Source: Takakia lepidozioides (Eukaryota > Plantae > Bryophyta). From it: a DNA stretch of 64,000 bases. Where the stretch lies: the NCBI GenBank assembly GCA_030704615.1, contig CM060734.1:47306001-47370000 (forward strand), given 5' to 3'. Made by a program: the position numbers and the translations under genes. The notes below the pieces were generated by a model. That model did no database searches. It had not been told where the DNA came from and saw nothing but the letters and a program-made list of their open reading frames with translations. This document shows positions 1 through 11,539 of the stretch, in pieces. Position 1 is the first letter of the stretch; every line of letters begins with the position of its first letter.

Positions 1-373
1 CCAAGGAGAGGACGGGATTTTTTAGAGGCATAGTGGAACTGATGCATCACAGAGCTCGGAGGATGAGGGGGATGAGGGGGATGAGGAAGAAGGTGGGGCA
101 AGTTCCTTGGAGGGTGTAGGAGAGTAGTGCCCATTCTGGCTATGACAGTTAGAACACACTTGTATAGACGTGGCTTGCCACAAAATTTGCAATAAAATGT
201 TGCATTTCAAGTCCACTGGTGCCACATTCCAACTTCACATGACCCTATTTCCGTGCCTCCTAACCCTATTTCCGTGGACTCACAATGGTCTGCTCATGCT
301 TTTTTTTTTTCCGCTCATGCTCATGCCGCTCATGAAATAGCAGCCCCCAGGGCGAGGACCCAATGGTGAAGAA

Positions 374-3300
374 CTATGTTACTATTGTAATCAGCCAGGG
401 GATGTCCAGAATCCGCCCTTGGACATCCGAGCACGTCTCCATGAGGGTTTGGATGAAAGCAGGGCTCCGGGTCCGGCTGTACCGCCACGGTTTGCCTGTC
501 TTTGTGTCCTTCGGCATACTGGAGTGGGGCACATAGTTGTAGAGGACATCGTAGGTTACAGGGTCCACAACGGCATCAACAAGACGACCGTCGTTGCGGA
601 ATTTGAACGTAGACCCTCTCTTCACAAAGCAATATGCCTCAAACACCAATGTCTGCACATCCAACAAAGAAGGGATCAACTCCAGGGTCTACTTAACATA
701 CACCACAATATGAAGTGAATGCAATAGATTGATAACTTACACTTTGGCCCTCTGTTCGCAACCCCTGTGTACTGATGCAGAACCATTTTCTGAGGAGGAC
801 CGGGGTGACACTTTTCGGTGTCCACCTTGCCACCGCATTCTCTGTGGTCTTCCCTCTCGTGGCAAGGACAACCACACATCCACCGTCATCCAGAAGCATC
901 CCCGCCAGCCCAAACCCGGCTTTCCAGTAGTCCTCAGTAAACCTGTTCCAGGTGGGCACACCATCCAGGCCCTCCAGCAGCTCCCCATCTGGAATGTCGA
1001 GGAGAATCATGTTGCAAGCTCTCTCCACCTCAACCCCCCTCCCCCCCCCCCCCCGAGTGCTCTTGCAATTCGTGCTCACAGCCGTGAAGAATTCCATCAT
1101 GGCTTCAAAACCAGGGGTGTCTTTAGGCTCTGTACCGCCAGCCCTCTTCTTGGCTTTCCCCTTCTGCTCCGCCAGAGACTTGCTGTGTGCCACCTTCTTC
1201 ACAGCGAGAGCGTCAAGGAAGCTCTCATTGACGCATTGGATGATGGTTGGAGGTTCTAGCTTTGGCCTATGCGTAAACGTCACCGCCGTGTAGGCTCGCC
1301 CTCAAATGCCAACTTCTTGGCAGAGCCAGTCCCACTCCGAACTGACTTGGGAACCCGGACGACCGGTGACTGGGTAGGAGCAATAGCAGTCGCAGGACCT
1401 TGAACAAAGTCGTCGTCCGAGTCACTCTCTTGGGTCCCCTCCTGCGCCTCCTCCGATGCCCCGATGGTTTTCTTCTTTTTGGGTGTTACTGCACTCACCT
1501 GTTTCCTTGTCCTTTTCCTTTGGCCTTTACTCTTCTCATGCAATTTCTCCTGAATTCCTGCCTGAGCAAGCTCTGCCGCTTTCCTGGAGTTCACAAGCGC
1601 TTTTGCCTCTTTTGCACCCAACGGAGGCAGCGGAGCCCGGTTTCGTCGGAATTCAGCATCCAGCTTCAATTGAAACTCGGATGGGTCGAGCGAGCTGGGC
1701 GGAAGGTCCACATACCAAGGGCAATCACGCGAATGTTCCAGATGCCACTCCTTCACAATATCGTCAGTGTACATGGAGTCAGCCCCAGGGTTCCTCCATG
1801 CCAGGAAGAATGGTGGCTCGAAAGACAGATGACCTTTCTCCAAAATGGAGAACTTGCAGTACCTGCATTCATGAAAAACACAATGAGGTCCCTGAAATGC
1901 ATATTCGGCACCATTTTCCCAGGTTGGGGCGGATGTGAGTGGGCCTAGAAATGGAAAAATGGCGCCGAATTTCGGTTTTCGGTGACTGCCACCCTAGGGA
2001 CTTAGCCATCTTGGGAGCCCTGAACTGGAAATTCGGCGCCATTTTTCCCGGTTTGGCCCGAAGATGGCTAAGTCCCAGAACCGCAATAGGGCCTAGAACT
2101 GGAAAAATGGCGCCGAATTTCTAGTTCAGGGCCAGCCACCCTAGGGACTTAGCCCGAAAATGGCCAAGTCCCTGAACGGCAATAGGGCCTAGAACTGGAA
2201 AATGGCGCCGAATTTCCAGTTCGGGGCCAGCCACCCTAGGGACTTAGCCCGAAAATGGCCAAGTCCCTGAACGGCAATAGGGCCTAGAACTGGAAAATGG
2301 CGCCGAATTTCCAGTTCGGGGCCAGCCACCCTAGGGACTTAGCCCGAAAATGGCCAAGTCCCTGAACGGCAATAGGGCCTAGAACTGGAAAATGGCGCCG
2401 AATTTCCAGTTCGGGGCCAGCCACCCTAGGGACTTAGCCCGAAAATGGCCAAGTCCCTGAACGGCAATAGGGCCTAGAACTGGAAAATGGCGCCGAATTT
2501 CCAGTTCGGGGCCAGCCACCCTAGGGACTTAGCCCGAAAATGGCCAAGTCCCTGAACGGCAATAGGGCCTAGAACTGGAAAATGGCGCCGAATTTCCAGT
2601 TCGGGGCCAGCCACCCTAGGGACTTAGCCCGAAAATGGCCAAGTCCCTGAACGGCAATAGGGCCTGGAACTGGAAAATGACGCCGAATTTCCAGTTCAGG
2701 GCCAGCCACCCTAGGGACTTAGCCATTTTCGGAGCCCTGACTGGAAATTCGGCGCCATTTTCCCTAACACCACATGAGGCTTCTAACATCCTGAAATGCA
2801 AGGACTTGAAAGAAAGACAGCGCGTATGTACCTGTACAGAAGGCGCATTGCTGCTTTGTCCGCATTCGGCTGGTCGGTGAACTCGTGGCTCCGGCGAGCA
2901 TCTGCTATCTCCCGAAAGAATAGGTTGGTTTTGTAGAGCAGAAAGTACCTCGTCACATAGTCACGTAGGCTCTCTGCTGCAGGAGATATCTCCATCTTGA
3001 ACTGATGTGCTTGTGTGTCCAGCTGCTCTTGCGCATTCGTCGTCACCTGTGGAGATTCTCCATCAGATCGCTTTCCTGAAAAAATACAATGAATCCACCC
3101 CCTACTAGAGTAGAAGCCCCAAACGAAGCGTGGGGAAGTACCTGAAACCACCATGTCATGCGGTTCATCCACATGTCGAATGTGGGGTCAGAGAGTTTGT
3201 CCGGTTTGGGGAAGCTCCACATGTCCCTGGTACTTTGGGAACCATTCCAGATTTGGAGCCACCGGGTCTGTCCAACCACCCAACATATTCGTAAGCGCCA

Positions 3301-5471
3301 AACACCACAAAAAGGAGTTGTTGCCACCACAATTTGGTTAAGAATGTATCACCTTTTCTGTTGCATCCACACAGGATGTGGCTAGACGATGGAGCTTCTC
3401 CAATGTCATCGTGGGCTTCAGAGCGCGAGAGTAGTGCTTCCCCACCTCCACCAGAAAGTCGGCACCAAGGGCGGGATCAGCTATGGCCACGTACTTTACC
3501 ATCCGCGACTTGTACTTTATGCGGGCCCTCACCTCCGCAGCTTTGACATACGATTCGAGTTCCGGGAAGGTTGGATTCTTCTCCTCTGACTCCATGTAGA
3601 ACCTCCGCGCATGTGCCAAATCCTGCTGTATTTTCGTCTGTCAAGAATGCGTACATAAGATTAGAGATCTTGCTCAACACAATTTCTTCTATTGGGGGAG
3701 GAGACACAGATTAGCTCAACAAAACTGTCAGGAGCTTTACCCGAAATATGTAGTCCACCATGGCGTCGACGCTCAGCCTATACCAGGTTCTGTCTGCCTT
3801 TGCCTCCGACTTGCGCAGGAGGTCGGCACTGAGGGAATTGGCAAACTCTTGCACCCCCTGCTTCCCGACATCCTTCACTCGGAAGAGCATATGGGACAAG
3901 TTGGTGGCAATGAAGGCATTCTCAGTCACCCTGCAGTGCCACATTTCCATCAAACAATACTGAAATGGGAATTTTCATCATATATGAGGATTCGCAATGA
4001 AATGACTTCCAAATTCAAAGTCCAAAAGCGAGAGGGGTTGTAGCTTACGAGTTGATGTCGGCCATTGCAGCTTTGAGAAGACTGCGATCTTTGGGCCCCG
4101 CAACCTTCAGCACAACACAATCCACGGCAAAATGCCAATCGAGGTCTTGGGGTGGGCTTGGGCAATGTGCTCCATCCATGCCAGGAGGCGATGATTGCCG
4201 TCCCACACGTAGAACATCTTACCGGACAAGTGCTGGAAAAGAGGATCACTAGCAATCGATCTCTCGAACTCCTCATTTCGCGTTTGCCAATGGGGACCCC
4301 ATTTGTCCACCTCATCGGAAGTGTGGGCACGGGAAGCTCCGTGGTCGTTCTCAATGGAAACGTAAAACGCGGCAGACCACATTCGATATCCATCCCGGAA
4401 AGAGAATTTCAGCTTGTCGATATCGCCTGGGAGGGCAGGTCTCACCACCTGCAATGACACCAAGCGGCAAAGGGGAATTCGAAGCTTGGCTGGGTACACC
4501 ATGCCCCCCAGCACCCTGCCAATGTTGTTGTGGGTTGCCTCCAACATCTTGGCAGCGGCCAACTTCATATCCGCCTCAGACATGACGTCTGCTGCAGAGG
4601 GGTTTTCCGGCAGCCCACTAGGACCGCCAAATCCAGCCTGTATGCTCCGGGTTTGGGGCTTGGGGATGTCCGGGAGGATGTCATCCTGGTCAGAAAGCTC
4701 CCTGTCGTCCTCCTCAACAGGGTCAGCCGCCTGCGAAACCACCTCCAGCACTCTCCCCGTCTCTACTGCCCTCTCCCTGGCTTCACCTCAAACTTGCACA
4801 ATCCGTGCTCTTTCTGGTGTTCTTTCCTCTCCTCCACTCTCCACCGTATGGGTAATTGCGGGGGCTGCTCTTGCCCGCGATGGTCTAACCGGTGTGTTAC
4901 TGCCTCTCTGTGGTGTCTTGGAGGGATCCACCGTCTCTGTGCGTCCCTCGCTTACATTGGCATCTGTCATTTGGGCACCCTTGGCCTCTTCAGTGGCCTT
5001 TTCTCTTTCCTCCTGGCTAGCATTTTGTCTCGTCTGTTCTTTTGCCCTCTCTTTTGCCCTCTCACGGGCTTTCTGTTTCTTACTAGGGCTAGCAGCAGGG
5101 GAGCCCTCCAGGACGACCACCTTTGATTGAGGCGAATTGACACCCTCGCGCGCACTGCTCACTCCCCCCTCCGCAGCCCGTGACGGCTCTCTCGCCGGGG
5201 ATTGCATGTGCTTAGCTTTCTTCTTTTTCTTTGCGTGGGCGGGCCCTACTGCATGTGCATGAACAACCTCCATTGCCGGATCTGCTGTCCTCATGTCCTC
5301 ACGCCCTTCACCTGCCATGCCGCCTGCACCAACCTCCCCAATGCCTATTCTGTCGTACTCTCGTTGCAAGTCCTCCCGTCCACCAACAAAAGGTTGAAGT
5401 TTGCCCTCTCGCCCCAAGTTGGGCGATTCAAACATGCGATGAGTTGGAGCTGTGGATGATACCACCAGCAT
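374..5471 (-). pseudogene. Spliced gene: low-complexity N-terminus + ParB/Srx-like domain + helical middle + beta-class N6A/N4C DNA methyltransferase-like domain (disrupted)
   Basis: VWDGNHRLLAW, with DGNHR at 4188-4202. CNMILLDIPDG, with DIPD at 987-998 (motif IV-like). LAGMLLDDGGCVVV, and RSPAFIQTLMETCSDVQGRILD (motifs X/I-like). GT..AG introns at about 4048-3931, 3741-3690, 2830-1864 and 738-654. In-frame TGA at 4788 and several frameshifts. Confidence 0.6.
1940..2762. repeat. 95-bp tandem array (about 6 near-identical units plus degenerate flanks) inside a predicted intron
   Basis: TGGCCAAGTC recurs at 2161, 2256, 2351, 2446, 2541 and 2636. Each unit carries AACTGGAAAATGGCGCCGAATTTCCAGTT and AGGGACTTAGCC-n7-GGCCAAGTCCCT. 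Confidence 0.95.
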
Positions 5472-6219
5472 GCCGGGCTTGTCGTCACTCTGTCATTCCC
5501 AAAAATCGTGAAAACCAACATCGGTGCAAAAACCAGCATCGCAACGAGCAGCGCAACCACCATAGCAACAATCGTGTAACAAAAATGAAAACATAACAAG
5601 TTTAGGAAGTATGGAGAGCCATGCAACAACAATGAAAACAAATGCAACCATTGCCTGAGAATGACATGCACAAGCAGCCTTCTCCACAGCTGCCGGATTT
5701 GCACATGCATTGCAAACAATGTAAGGTTCACTCAACTATCTAAAGTTCACTCATCCAGCGAAGCCAGGATGAAGATGCAAAAACAAAGCGAGGCAACAAA
5801 GCGGAAGCAAAAAAGAAATCGAACAAAGCGAAAGCAAAAGTGGCTTGCCTGAGAGTACTCGGCTTCAGTTGGCGCGGGTTGTGAGCAAGACACTGGAATC
5901 TCCTGCTGGAGCTTCAGTTTGGCCATGCGAGAGATTGGCCGTCGTCCGTAGTACAGAGCTTTCAACTTCCGCCGCGGTCTGGATGTGAGGTCTCTCTTAG
6001 GAGAGCCATGCCCTTCAGGCGGCATAAGTCCCAGCCAAAATGGAAAAAGATCTCCGTTTTTGGGGTACATGCCTCGAATAGCATGTTAAGCCAAGATTAG
6101 CATGAGATTTAGGGTACGTATCCAGGAAGCCATGTGTCGCCAGCCCGAATGAAAACCGACGGCGGTGGACATTTATTGCCCAACTGCGCAATTAAATGTC
6201 AGATGAAGCCCTCCATGTC

Positions 6220-7860
6220 GGATGAAAATCGACGGAACTCGGCCCGGAATTTCCAACGTAGAGGTAATTCGGAGCGCTGCAGGATGGAAATCCGGCACCG
6301 GATTTCCATCCTGCAGGTAATTCGGAGCGCAGCAGGATGGAAATTCAGCGCCGAATTTCCATCCTGCAAGGTAGGGCGGCGCGTGAAATTTCCCTCACGC
6401 AGGTAATTCGGTAGCGGATGGATGCAAATCCGGCGCCGGATTTCCATCCGCGCAGGTAGGGCGGCGCGCCAAATTTCCCTGACGCAGGTAATTCAGAAGC
6501 GGATGGATGGAAATCGGGCGCCAGATTTCCATCCGCGCAAGTAGGGCGGCGCGCGAAATTTCCCTCAAGCAGGTAATTCGGAGGCGGATGGATGGAAATC
6601 CGGCGCCGGATTTCCATCCGCAAGGTTGGGCGGAGAGCGGATGGATGGAGATCCGGCGCCGAATTTCCATCCAGCAGGTAAGTCGGATCGCTGGCGGATG
6701 GATATTCGGCGCCGAATTTCCATTCGCCAGGAATTTCGAAACGCTGAATTACCTTCCTGCAGGTAATTCTGAGCGTGTCCGATTGATTTTTCGGATTTTC
6801 CTTGGAATCCTTCACTGCTAGAGGCAAATCGGAACAGCCTTGGACGGAAATTCGGCGCCGTTTTTCCATTCTGGGAGGTTTCTGCGACTTCCTTTGAGGG
6901 GGCCCCGATGGAAATTCGGCGCCGAATTTCCATCCGGGGGATGGTCTCTGTCGGAGAGGTGCCGGCCTCTCCGCCGCTCTGTTGGATATTCGGTGCAATA
7001 TGACGGCCAGGTGCCGGCCTCTCCCCCCTCCCCGACTGCATGGGAACGGCCCCGGATTGAAATTCGGCGCCGTTTTTTCCATCTGGGGAGGTTTTTATGT
7101 CGACCAGTTTTCGGTCTGACCCCCCGACACGACTTCCTTTGGGGGGGGGCCGGATGGAAATTCGGCGCCGAATCTCCATCCAGGGGATGTTCTCTGTCGC
7201 ACACGCGCCGGCCTCTGCGCCCGAGGCGACTTCATCCGGGCGTCCCCTGCTGGATATTCGGTGCCGAATTTCCGTCCGGGGGTTGAAATGTGACGGCCAC
7301 ATGTCGGCCTTTCCCCCCTCCCCGACTGCATCCGAACCGCCCCGGATGGAAATTCGGCGCCGTTTTTCCATCTGGGGATGTTTTTATGCCGGCCAGTTTT
7401 CGGCCTGACCCCCCGACACGACTTCCTTTGGGGGGGCCCGGATGGAAATTCGGCGCCGAATCTTCATCCAGGGGATGTTCTCTGTCGCACACGCGCCGGC
7501 CTCTACGCCCGAGGCGACTTCATCCGGGCTTCCCTTGTTGTATATTCGGTGCCGAATTTCCGTCCGGGGGTTGTAATGTGAGGGCCAAATGGCGGCCTTT
7601 CCCCCGAGCCGACTGCATCCGAAAGGCCTCGGATGGAAATTCGGCGCCGTTTTTCCATCCGCGTAGGTTTTTATGTCGGCCAGTTTTCGGCCTGACCCCC
7701 CGACAGGACTTCCTTTGGGGGGGATCCGAATGGAAATTCGGCGCTGAATTTCCGTCCGGGGGATGTTCTCTGTCGGACAGGTGCCGACATCTCTGCCCCA
7801 GACGACTTCATCCGTGTGGCCCCTGTTGGATATTGGGTGCCGAATTTCCATTCGGGGGTA
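6220..7860. repeat. Complex array of GGAAATTCGGCGCCGAATTTCC-type palindromes; about 288-bp higher-order units from about 6840
   Basis: Perfect 28-bp palindrome GATGGAAATTCGGCGCCGAATTTCCATC at 6907-6934 and many variants. Unit marker ...TCGGCGCCGTTTTTCCAT near 6850, 7060, 7350 and 7640. Confidence 0.9.
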
Positions 7861-8571
7861 ATAATGTGACGGCACGGTGCCGGCTTCTCCCCTTCAGCCG
7901 TCATCATCCGGACGGCCCCCCACTTTCTGACTGCATACCGTTGGCAGTTATTGCGCAAAGACCAGGGGCCGCATTCCGGAGACAAGGTTCATTAACACTC
8001 TGACTGTGGATTTTTTAGATAGTTGGCTCCCTGGATTTGGTCAGGCTTCGTCGCTCGGACAAATCGGCACCGCATTCCTTCCCATCGCTGCATCCCCCTT
8101 CTACCAGGGAGCTTCCCCGCATGCCATCCTGGTAGTCTTGTGTGCACATCTCCCATGGCGGAAAACTGAAGCGCTACAGTGTACTGCCCTCCTCACGAGC
8201 ATAGAGCTTCATTTCCGTGCAGAGGGGACATCTGCCGGGTGATGGAGAAATATTTGTGCGTTCGATACCACCTGAAACCGGGGTCGGTTTTTTTGGAGGA
8301 GGAAAGGAAGGACTCAAACGGCCTTGTTGTCTACTCTTCCTCTTCCAATTTCTTCTCTCTATTTTCATCCTCCAAGTTCTGCCCTTGGGTTTCTTCTTCA
8401 TTCATGTAACTCAACTGCAATGATGTTGGAGAGTCTGAACTCTCCGTTGGCTCTGCCACTTCTTCTCCTCCTTCTTCACCTTCCGCTTCAGAAACTGGAG
8501 ATCCTGCTTTTGGTGTTCTATGCCAACTCTTATCAAAGATTTCTGTCAAATCTTTTATCCAGGGATGTACC

Positions 8572-8817
8572 TCAGATCTTTTGATCTTCTTCCCGTACCA
8601 ATTCCCTTAATCTTTCTTGCAAAGAAAAAGAAGGAGTGGCATCCAACTCTAGTTCTTCCGGTATGGGTGATGTACTCTCTGATCTTAATGGTGTGAGAGG
8701 TCCAGATGATTCCCCTATGTCTATTCCTCTCTCCCAAAGATATGGATAATTAGCTTTCAGATAGCTTTCTCTTTTTGCTGAATATCTCTGGCGTCTAGCT
8801 TCTCTTTCATCACTCAT
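8572..8817 (-). CDS. Small charged orphan ORF, 81 aa
   Basis: ATG lies 21 bp after the stop of 8839-9534. Charged, helix-like sequence. Confidence 0.3.
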   Translation of the reverse strand: MSDEREARRQRYSAKRESYLKANYPYLWERGIDIGESSGPLTPLRSESTSPIPEELELDATPSFSLQERLRELVREEDQKI

Positions 8818-8838
8818 GTCCCATGTCTTTCATTTCTT

Positions 8839-9534
8839 TTAATGTGGCAATAACCAAAACTCTCTTCTGTAATATCTCTCGTATATGCCTGGGTTTTTTT
8901 CAAGCTTCAATGCACCCTTGGCTATACTAGAAGTCTCCGTTACCATATAACCATATGGCAAACAAGTTTGGAAAGCTGTTCTTGGTGTGAGTTTGATCCA
9001 CAAAATATCCTTTGGAATCCAATTCTTTACCAGTACAAGCTCTTCATGCATATGAGTAAAAACATTCACCTTCCTTTCCTCCCAGCCTTCAAACTCTACT
9101 CGCTTAATGGATAGCAATGTTATCACATAAACCAGTGTTGGTAACCAACGTGCTCTTCCTCTACAGGCCACCTGATAAATCTTTATCACTCCTTTCTCCA
9201 GACCCCACTCACCGTCAGCATCATGCACTCTCTTAAGAATGTTTTCTTTACAACCGTCTGGCAATTCCAAGAACCTCTGAAAGAATCGTTTGGACAATCT
9301 TTCCTTCTCAGTTTCACAAGGAATTTGATTCACATCAAATTCTTTAATTCTCCAACCACCATGATCCCACCAGATGTCTGTCACATCTGGTTGTTCATGA
9401 CCCAGTTCCCCAGTATGGTCGCCAAATGTTGCGCGGCTTTTGCTCACCCATCCCTTCGCTATCCGAGGCGGAAACTCCAAGATAGAAGAGTTGGAAATCT
9501 CTAAGCACTCAGCCCGCTCAGAACAATCAGTCAT
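8839..9534 (-). CDS. Intronless orphan ORF, 231 aa, unknown function (transposon cargo)
   Basis: Uninterrupted ATG-started ORF with globular-looking composition, followed closely by co-oriented ORFs 8572-8817 and 8331-8549. No motif recognised. Confidence 0.45.
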   Translation of the reverse strand: MTDCSERAECLEISNSSILEFPPRIAKGWVSKSRATFGDHTGELGHEQPDVTDIWWDHGGWRIKEFDVNQIPCETEKERLSKRFFQRFLELPDGCKENILKRVHDADGEWGLEKGVIKIYQVACRGRARWLPTLVYVITLLSIKRVEFEGWEERKVNVFTHMHEELVLVKNWIPKDILWIKLTPRTAFQTCLPYGYMVTETSSIAKGALKLEKNPGIYERYYRREFWLLPH

Positions 9535-9989
9535 GACCTACAGCTAGTGTATCATGGGGGTGTTTCCTATTTGTTTTCCTTCCCGCATTCATGTTAGCTA
9601 GTTACCTTATTGTTGGTAATTAAGTATCAGTTTGCTTCAGCAATCTATCGGATTCCATCAACTCATCCATTCATTCCACAGTGTGAGTATGAAACTGCTT
9701 GCATTCATCAAGCATCAACAGATCGTCCTCCTCCTACTCTGTGCTCTCCCTCCTTCCGCTCAGAGATGCGCTCTCTGCCTCCTTTCCTCCCCAGTGATGT
9801 CCGAAGTCTCCCCCCAAGAAGGGTGTCCCCCAGAATTGATTCATTTCCAGTCCTTGCTCCTGGCTTTATCTTCCTACCCGTTGTTATAACCGTTTCCCTC
9901 ACTAACCGTCATCCGTGAACTAATATGTTCCATTCGCAGATGTTGTTCCCCACGGTCGTTCCCTGTCCTGCTATCCGTTCCATATGGTC

Positions 9990-10225
9990 GTGACAGCTGT
10001 GTCAAGCTGTGACTGGCTGTGTGAAACTGTGACCGGCTGTGACCGGCTGTGTCGGGCTGTGACTGGCTGTGCGACTGTGTTGGGCTGTGTCGGGCTGTGT
10101 CAGGCTGTGACTGGCTGTGTGGCTGTGACGGGCTGTGTTGACTGTGACTGGCTGTGTTGGCTGTGTCGGGCTGTGTTGGACTGTGACGGCTGTGACGGGC
10201 TGTGATGGACTGTGTTGGGCTGTGT
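9990..10225. repeat. GGCTGTG(AC/TC)-type minisatellite
   Basis: Degenerate ~10-bp units (GGCTGTGACT, GGCTGTGTCG) repeated about 20 times. Confidence 0.9.
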
Positions 10226-11515
10226 ATCTCCCCCCCTAAAGCGTGCTGCTGTCACCCCTAAGGCTTCTGTTGGTCTCACTCTGTGCAAAAATTAAGGGTA
10301 CCCCACAGATCTCGTAAAAGCGTCTAAGTCCCAAGCAGTCCTCTAACACAGGTCTGAAATATGTACTGTCAAAGGTGCTAAGCTGGTAAGAAATTGGTTC
10401 CAATTCAATCAGAAACAAAGCTTGATTCTCCAAAAGCAACTTATAGCTCTAGCACTTGAGCACTTGAGCACTTACTTTCATGTCCTCCCTGCCTTGGGAA
10501 AAAGGCCAGTTTCATCTTCTCTATTGCCTGCAACACACAACAAAAAAGTGAGAGATGTGCATGCATGAGCTCCGACTAAGTTACATTTGCGCATCAGCCT
10601 CTCCACTCACTTCTCTTACCCAACTCCCACTTTCACGTGATTATTGCCATAAACTAAACTTCATTGACAAATTTTCCTAGGTTGTAGACGACGAGTCTAG
10701 TGAGAGAAAGGGAAAGGCCATATTCAACTAACTGTCAACAAGAAACAACAGGTCTAGTGGATACAAAAAGTCTGATGATTTTTTTCCTGGTTCTGCTTAC
10801 CTGATAGTGAGTCTAGTGCCAGCAAATCGTAGTCAGAGAGAACTCCAACCTGTGCCAATTTAGAGGAAAGCCAACACACAAATCACCCCCATGTCCAAGC
10901 ACTCAATGAGATACTGCTAGGCACTGGTTTAAAGTTGGCAGCTTTAAAGCCGGCACAACGATCCCAGAACACAGAAAGCCAAGAGACGGGGGGTGAAGAA
11001 GAGGAAAGCCGTGAAGGAAGATAAGGAACATAAGGAAGATAAGGAGGGGAGAGAGAGCGCGGGAGGAATCCTTCCAGCAGCCCAAGGAGCAGGGGTGTCA
11101 CTTGACAACGCCGAAATGGGGAAGACAGAAGCAGAATGGAGTCTTTTCCAGGACGGTAGAGTGTACGAAATAACTCGCCATAAGCCACCTCTGGGAGATC
11201 GCCATGTCAACGCCGCCCTGTCTCAAAATAGTTGAGAGGGGAAAGAGAGAGATAAAAGCCGGACGGAATGAAAGCGGACAAAAACGGACGGGGACTAAGG
11301 AACCGTAGCGCTTAGAGCTACGCTTAGGGCAGAAAGAAGGAAAGCGCAGCAGTCGAGGAGCCCTGACAGGGCCGCACAGAAAGAGAACAGAAGAACGAGA
11401 GACAATAAGACAAAGGGATCTGGGCAGAAGCAGGTGAATGCTAAAACACGAAACTCAGTTTGTCGCACTCTCTGTCCAAAACTGATGAATGAGTAGGTAG
11501 TTATAACAGCTCTGT

Positions 11516-11539
11516 GTTTAGGGTTTAGGGTTTAGGGTT
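11516..11539 (+). promoter_or_regulatory. (TTTAGGG)3 telomere-like / telo-box tract upstream of the transposase
   Basis: gtttagggtttagggtttagggtt. Any regulatory role is inferred. Confidence 0.4.

Noticed and set aside
22-370. Continuation of the methyltransferase (motif I GxG, motif II)
   Set aside because: No frame gave a recognisable GxG or GR..G.E motif, so the C-terminus cannot be placed.
1940-2762. CRISPR-like array
   Set aside because: Units are wholly identical with no unique spacers, there are no cas genes, and the context is eukaryotic.
729-5596. Plus-strand ORFs (729-1259, 1400-1948, 4414-5130 and others)
   Set aside because: Antisense shadows of the minus-strand ParB-MTase gene.
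6134-8003. Many long overlapping ORFs (MEIRRRISI / WKFGAEFPS repeats)
   Set aside because: They are translations of the GC-rich palindromic repeat, open on both strands by symmetry.
9984-10288. Cys-rich metallothionein-like ORF
   Set aside because: Translation of the GGCTGT minisatellite.
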